A DNA stretch of 64,000 bases, from positions 370,689 to 434,688 of the IMG/VR virus record IMGVR_UViG_3300038463_000730; one strand, written 5' to 3'. This document shows, one piece after another, positions 63,591-64,000 of the stretch. The notes under the pieces are model-generated. The model worked only from the letters and a program-made list of their open reading frames with translations, was not told the DNA's origin and made no database searches. A program made the translations under genes and the position numbers. Numbering within the stretch: the stretch's first letter is position 1; each line of letters starts with the position of its first letter.

Positions 63591-64000
63591 ATCTGAACTC
63601 CACGCTTTGCCATCAAAGCGAATTTCACAGGTATTGGTCTGGCTTCAAATCCCCAGGCGCTCAAGCGGCTAGCAAATTCCTCAGCTTCGATCATTCGCAA
63701 TTCGCCAGGTAATATTGAGGATTCGATTTGTGTTCCTACGATGAAGTCTTTCGCTTGTTTCAATCCACAATTGGTGAACCGTCGAACTTCTTTGATTGCG
63801 TTGATCAGATTACCGCTTCCGGTTGGTAACGGTGAACGCGCAAGATAAACTGTGTACGGACCCACCAACATGTCACGAACAGATTCTTCAATCACTTTTC
63901 GAAGCTGTTCTTTTTCGATGTGAAGTTCTCCTTCTACATCGATGCTGCCAGTAATGATTAGTTTCCCTGCGATTAGTTCAATCGGAATGTTCGTTTTCAT
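63587..64000 (-). CDS. Protein with ribosomal bL12 (L7/L12) C-terminal-like domain
   Basis: INAIKEVRRFTNCGLKQAKDFI; start lies at the window edge. Confidence 0.65.
   Translation of the reverse strand: MKTNIPIELIAGKLIITGSIDVEGELHIEKEQLRKVIEESVRDMLVGPYTVYLARSPLPTGSGNLINAIKEVRRFTNCGLKQAKDFIVGTQIESSILPGELRMIEAEEFASRLSAWGFEARPIPVKFALMAKRGVQI

Noticed and set aside
1-64000. Genome-wide TAG reassignment suggested by the CUA tRNA
   Set aside because: Standard-code ORFs already tile the window, and many genes end cleanly in TAG. Among TAG-ending genes checked by eye, about a third were in frame with the next gene (26958, 41856, 48143, 58933), which is chance level.

Overview
This window looks like a 64-kb segment of a very large lytic (jumbo/huge) bacteriophage genome. 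Genes are densely packed, often overlap as ATGA/TAATG, and are almost all on the minus strand; the only credible plus-strand genes are two HNH endonucleases. No structural, terminase or polymerase genes, rRNA or CRISPR array were seen, so this is an accessory/host-takeover region. It is rich in translation and RNA functions: EF-Tu, a truncated HisRS, a Pth2-like peptidyl-tRNA hydrolase, a bL12-like domain, an Rnl2-type RNA ligase, three canonical tRNAs, a Thr(UGU) tRNA on a Tyr-type body, and about ten tRNA-like RNAs. It also carries nucleotide/cofactor enzymes (NadE, 5'-nucleotidase, HIT, ApaH/PrpE-like, CoaB-like fusion, two 2OG-Fe(II) oxygenases), envelope proteins (pilin-like, SPFH, LemA, TPM, SIMPL, EamA) and a serpin-like protein. 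The most striking part is 1.6-4.7 kb. It contains (i) a pth2 gene whose SD-positioned start is followed by an in-frame TAG at codon 3 and which carries a CUA-anticodon tRNA inside its own reading frame, (ii) two circularly permuted tRNA-like RNAs directly behind a conserved uncharacterised gene, and (iii) several tRNA-like RNAs with non-7-nt anticodon loops. A GC-rich host with type IV pili (Myxococcota/Polyangiaceae or Planctomycetota) is inferred from the EF-Tu switch-I signature as I recall it, not from any search. All family names come from motif recognition by eye, without database searches.
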